Positions 63,187 to 64,000 of a DNA stretch of 64,000 nucleotides are shown in pieces. Below the pieces are notes generated by a model. The model searched no databases. It saw only the letters and a program-made list of their open reading frames with translations, and was not told the DNA's origin. The stretch is from a virus: IMG/VR virus record IMGVR_UViG_3300042090_002597, positions 32,001-96,000 of that record; one strand, 5' to 3'. Position numbers and translations under genes: made by a program. Position 1 is the stretch's first letter. Each line of letters starts with the position of its first letter.

Positions 63187-64000
63187 ATGTCCGGTTCGCT
63201 CACACCCACCGTCGCCGCCGCGCCGAGCACCGTTCAGGTTGCCGCCGAAGCGATTGCGCTGATCGCGGCACAGACGAATGTTCCGACCGATTACAATGTG
63301 GGCTCGAATGTCCGCACCATGCTGGAGGCGCAGGGATCCGTCGTCGAACTGCAGGCTCTGTCGGATCAGGCCATGGCGTTCCAGGCACTGGTTTACGGTG
63401 CGATGTCACTGTTCGGCGTTACGCAGAGTTCGGGAAATGTGGCAACCGGTGTCGTGACTTTCGCCACGTCGTTTCCTGTGAGTTCGGCCGCGAATGTGTC
63501 CCAGGCCGTTCTGATCCCCAGTGGCACGCTGGTGCAGACGGCGGGCGGCATCCAATTCACCACATATTCGAATATAACGCTCGCGTCCGGCACCAATTCC
63601 ATCACCGCTGGTGTTTTCGCGGTGCAGCCGGGTATTGCCGGAAATGTGGTTGCTTCTGCAATTACCGGGACACCGCTGACCTCGATCGGCTATCCGCTCT
63701 ACGTAACAAACGCCAATGCCACCGCTGGCGGGGCGAATGCCGGTTCACAGAGCACGGCGCTGGCCCTTTTTACTGCCAAGGCAGCGTCGCTGGGACTGTG
63801 CACGCCGGTCTCGATCGCCAATGCAGTGGTCGGCGTGGTGGCGACCGGCACCGGCGAGACGGTGCAATTTGGTGCCTGCTACGACGATAAGACCGAAATC
63901 TTGACCGCAAACGGCTGGTACAAGTTCAGTGAACTTCCGTACGGTATCCACGTAGCGACGCTTAACCCTGACACGCATGAACTTGAATACCAGATGCCTA
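63187..64000 (+). CDS. Baseplate J-like protein (partial), intein-containing
   Basis: Manual translation: TDYNVGSNVRTMLEA, ATGVVTF, IPSGTLV, AVQPGIAGN, NATAGG. Confidence 0.85.
   Translation, partial: MSGSLTPTVAAAPSTVQVAAEAIALIAAQTNVPTDYNVGSNVRTMLEAQGSVVELQALSDQAMAFQALVYGAMSLFGVTQSSGNVATGVVTFATSFPVSSAANVSQAVLIPSGTLVQTAGGIQFTTYSNITLASGTNSITAGVFAVQPGIAGNVVASAITGTPLTSIGYPLYVTNANATAGGANAGSQSTALALFTAKAASLGLCTPVSIANAVVGVVATGTGETVQFGACYDDKTEILTANGWYKFSELPYGIHVATLNPDTHELEYQMP
63877..64000 (+). mobile_element. Intein/Hint N-terminal splicing region (partial)
   Basis: CYDDKTEILTANGWYKFSEL...VATLNPDTHELEYQMP is a canonical Cys1 block A. Confidence 0.85.

Overview
This is a 64-kb segment of a tailed dsDNA phage genome, probably a myovirus (baseplate J and central spike genes) infecting an alphaproteobacterium (GcrA homolog, alpha-r8-like sRNA). 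No integrase, portal or major capsid gene is recognisable in the window. Layout from left to right: terminase large subunit with a class-3 mini-intein (runs off the left edge); radical SAM, HNH and RTX-like genes; an AT-rich switch region (~6.1-6.8 kb); an early cluster of small genes under repeated promoters; a displaced spike gene; a nuclease-less IS110/Nop-fold gene followed by a perfectly phased 16 x 36-nt dual-repeat/dual-spacer array (TIGR-Tas/TasA-like RNA-guided system, the top finding); GcrA; a dual-frame C5 methyltransferase; lysis genes; signal-peptide-bearing fibre-like proteins; replication genes (primase-helicase, RecD-like and SNF2 helicases, RuvC, Cas4-like nuclease, SSB, ThyX, PolA); tRNA(CAU); glycosyltransferase and methyltransferases; and baseplate genes ending in an intein-containing baseplate J (runs off the right edge). 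All calls rest on motifs read by eye. No database search was run.
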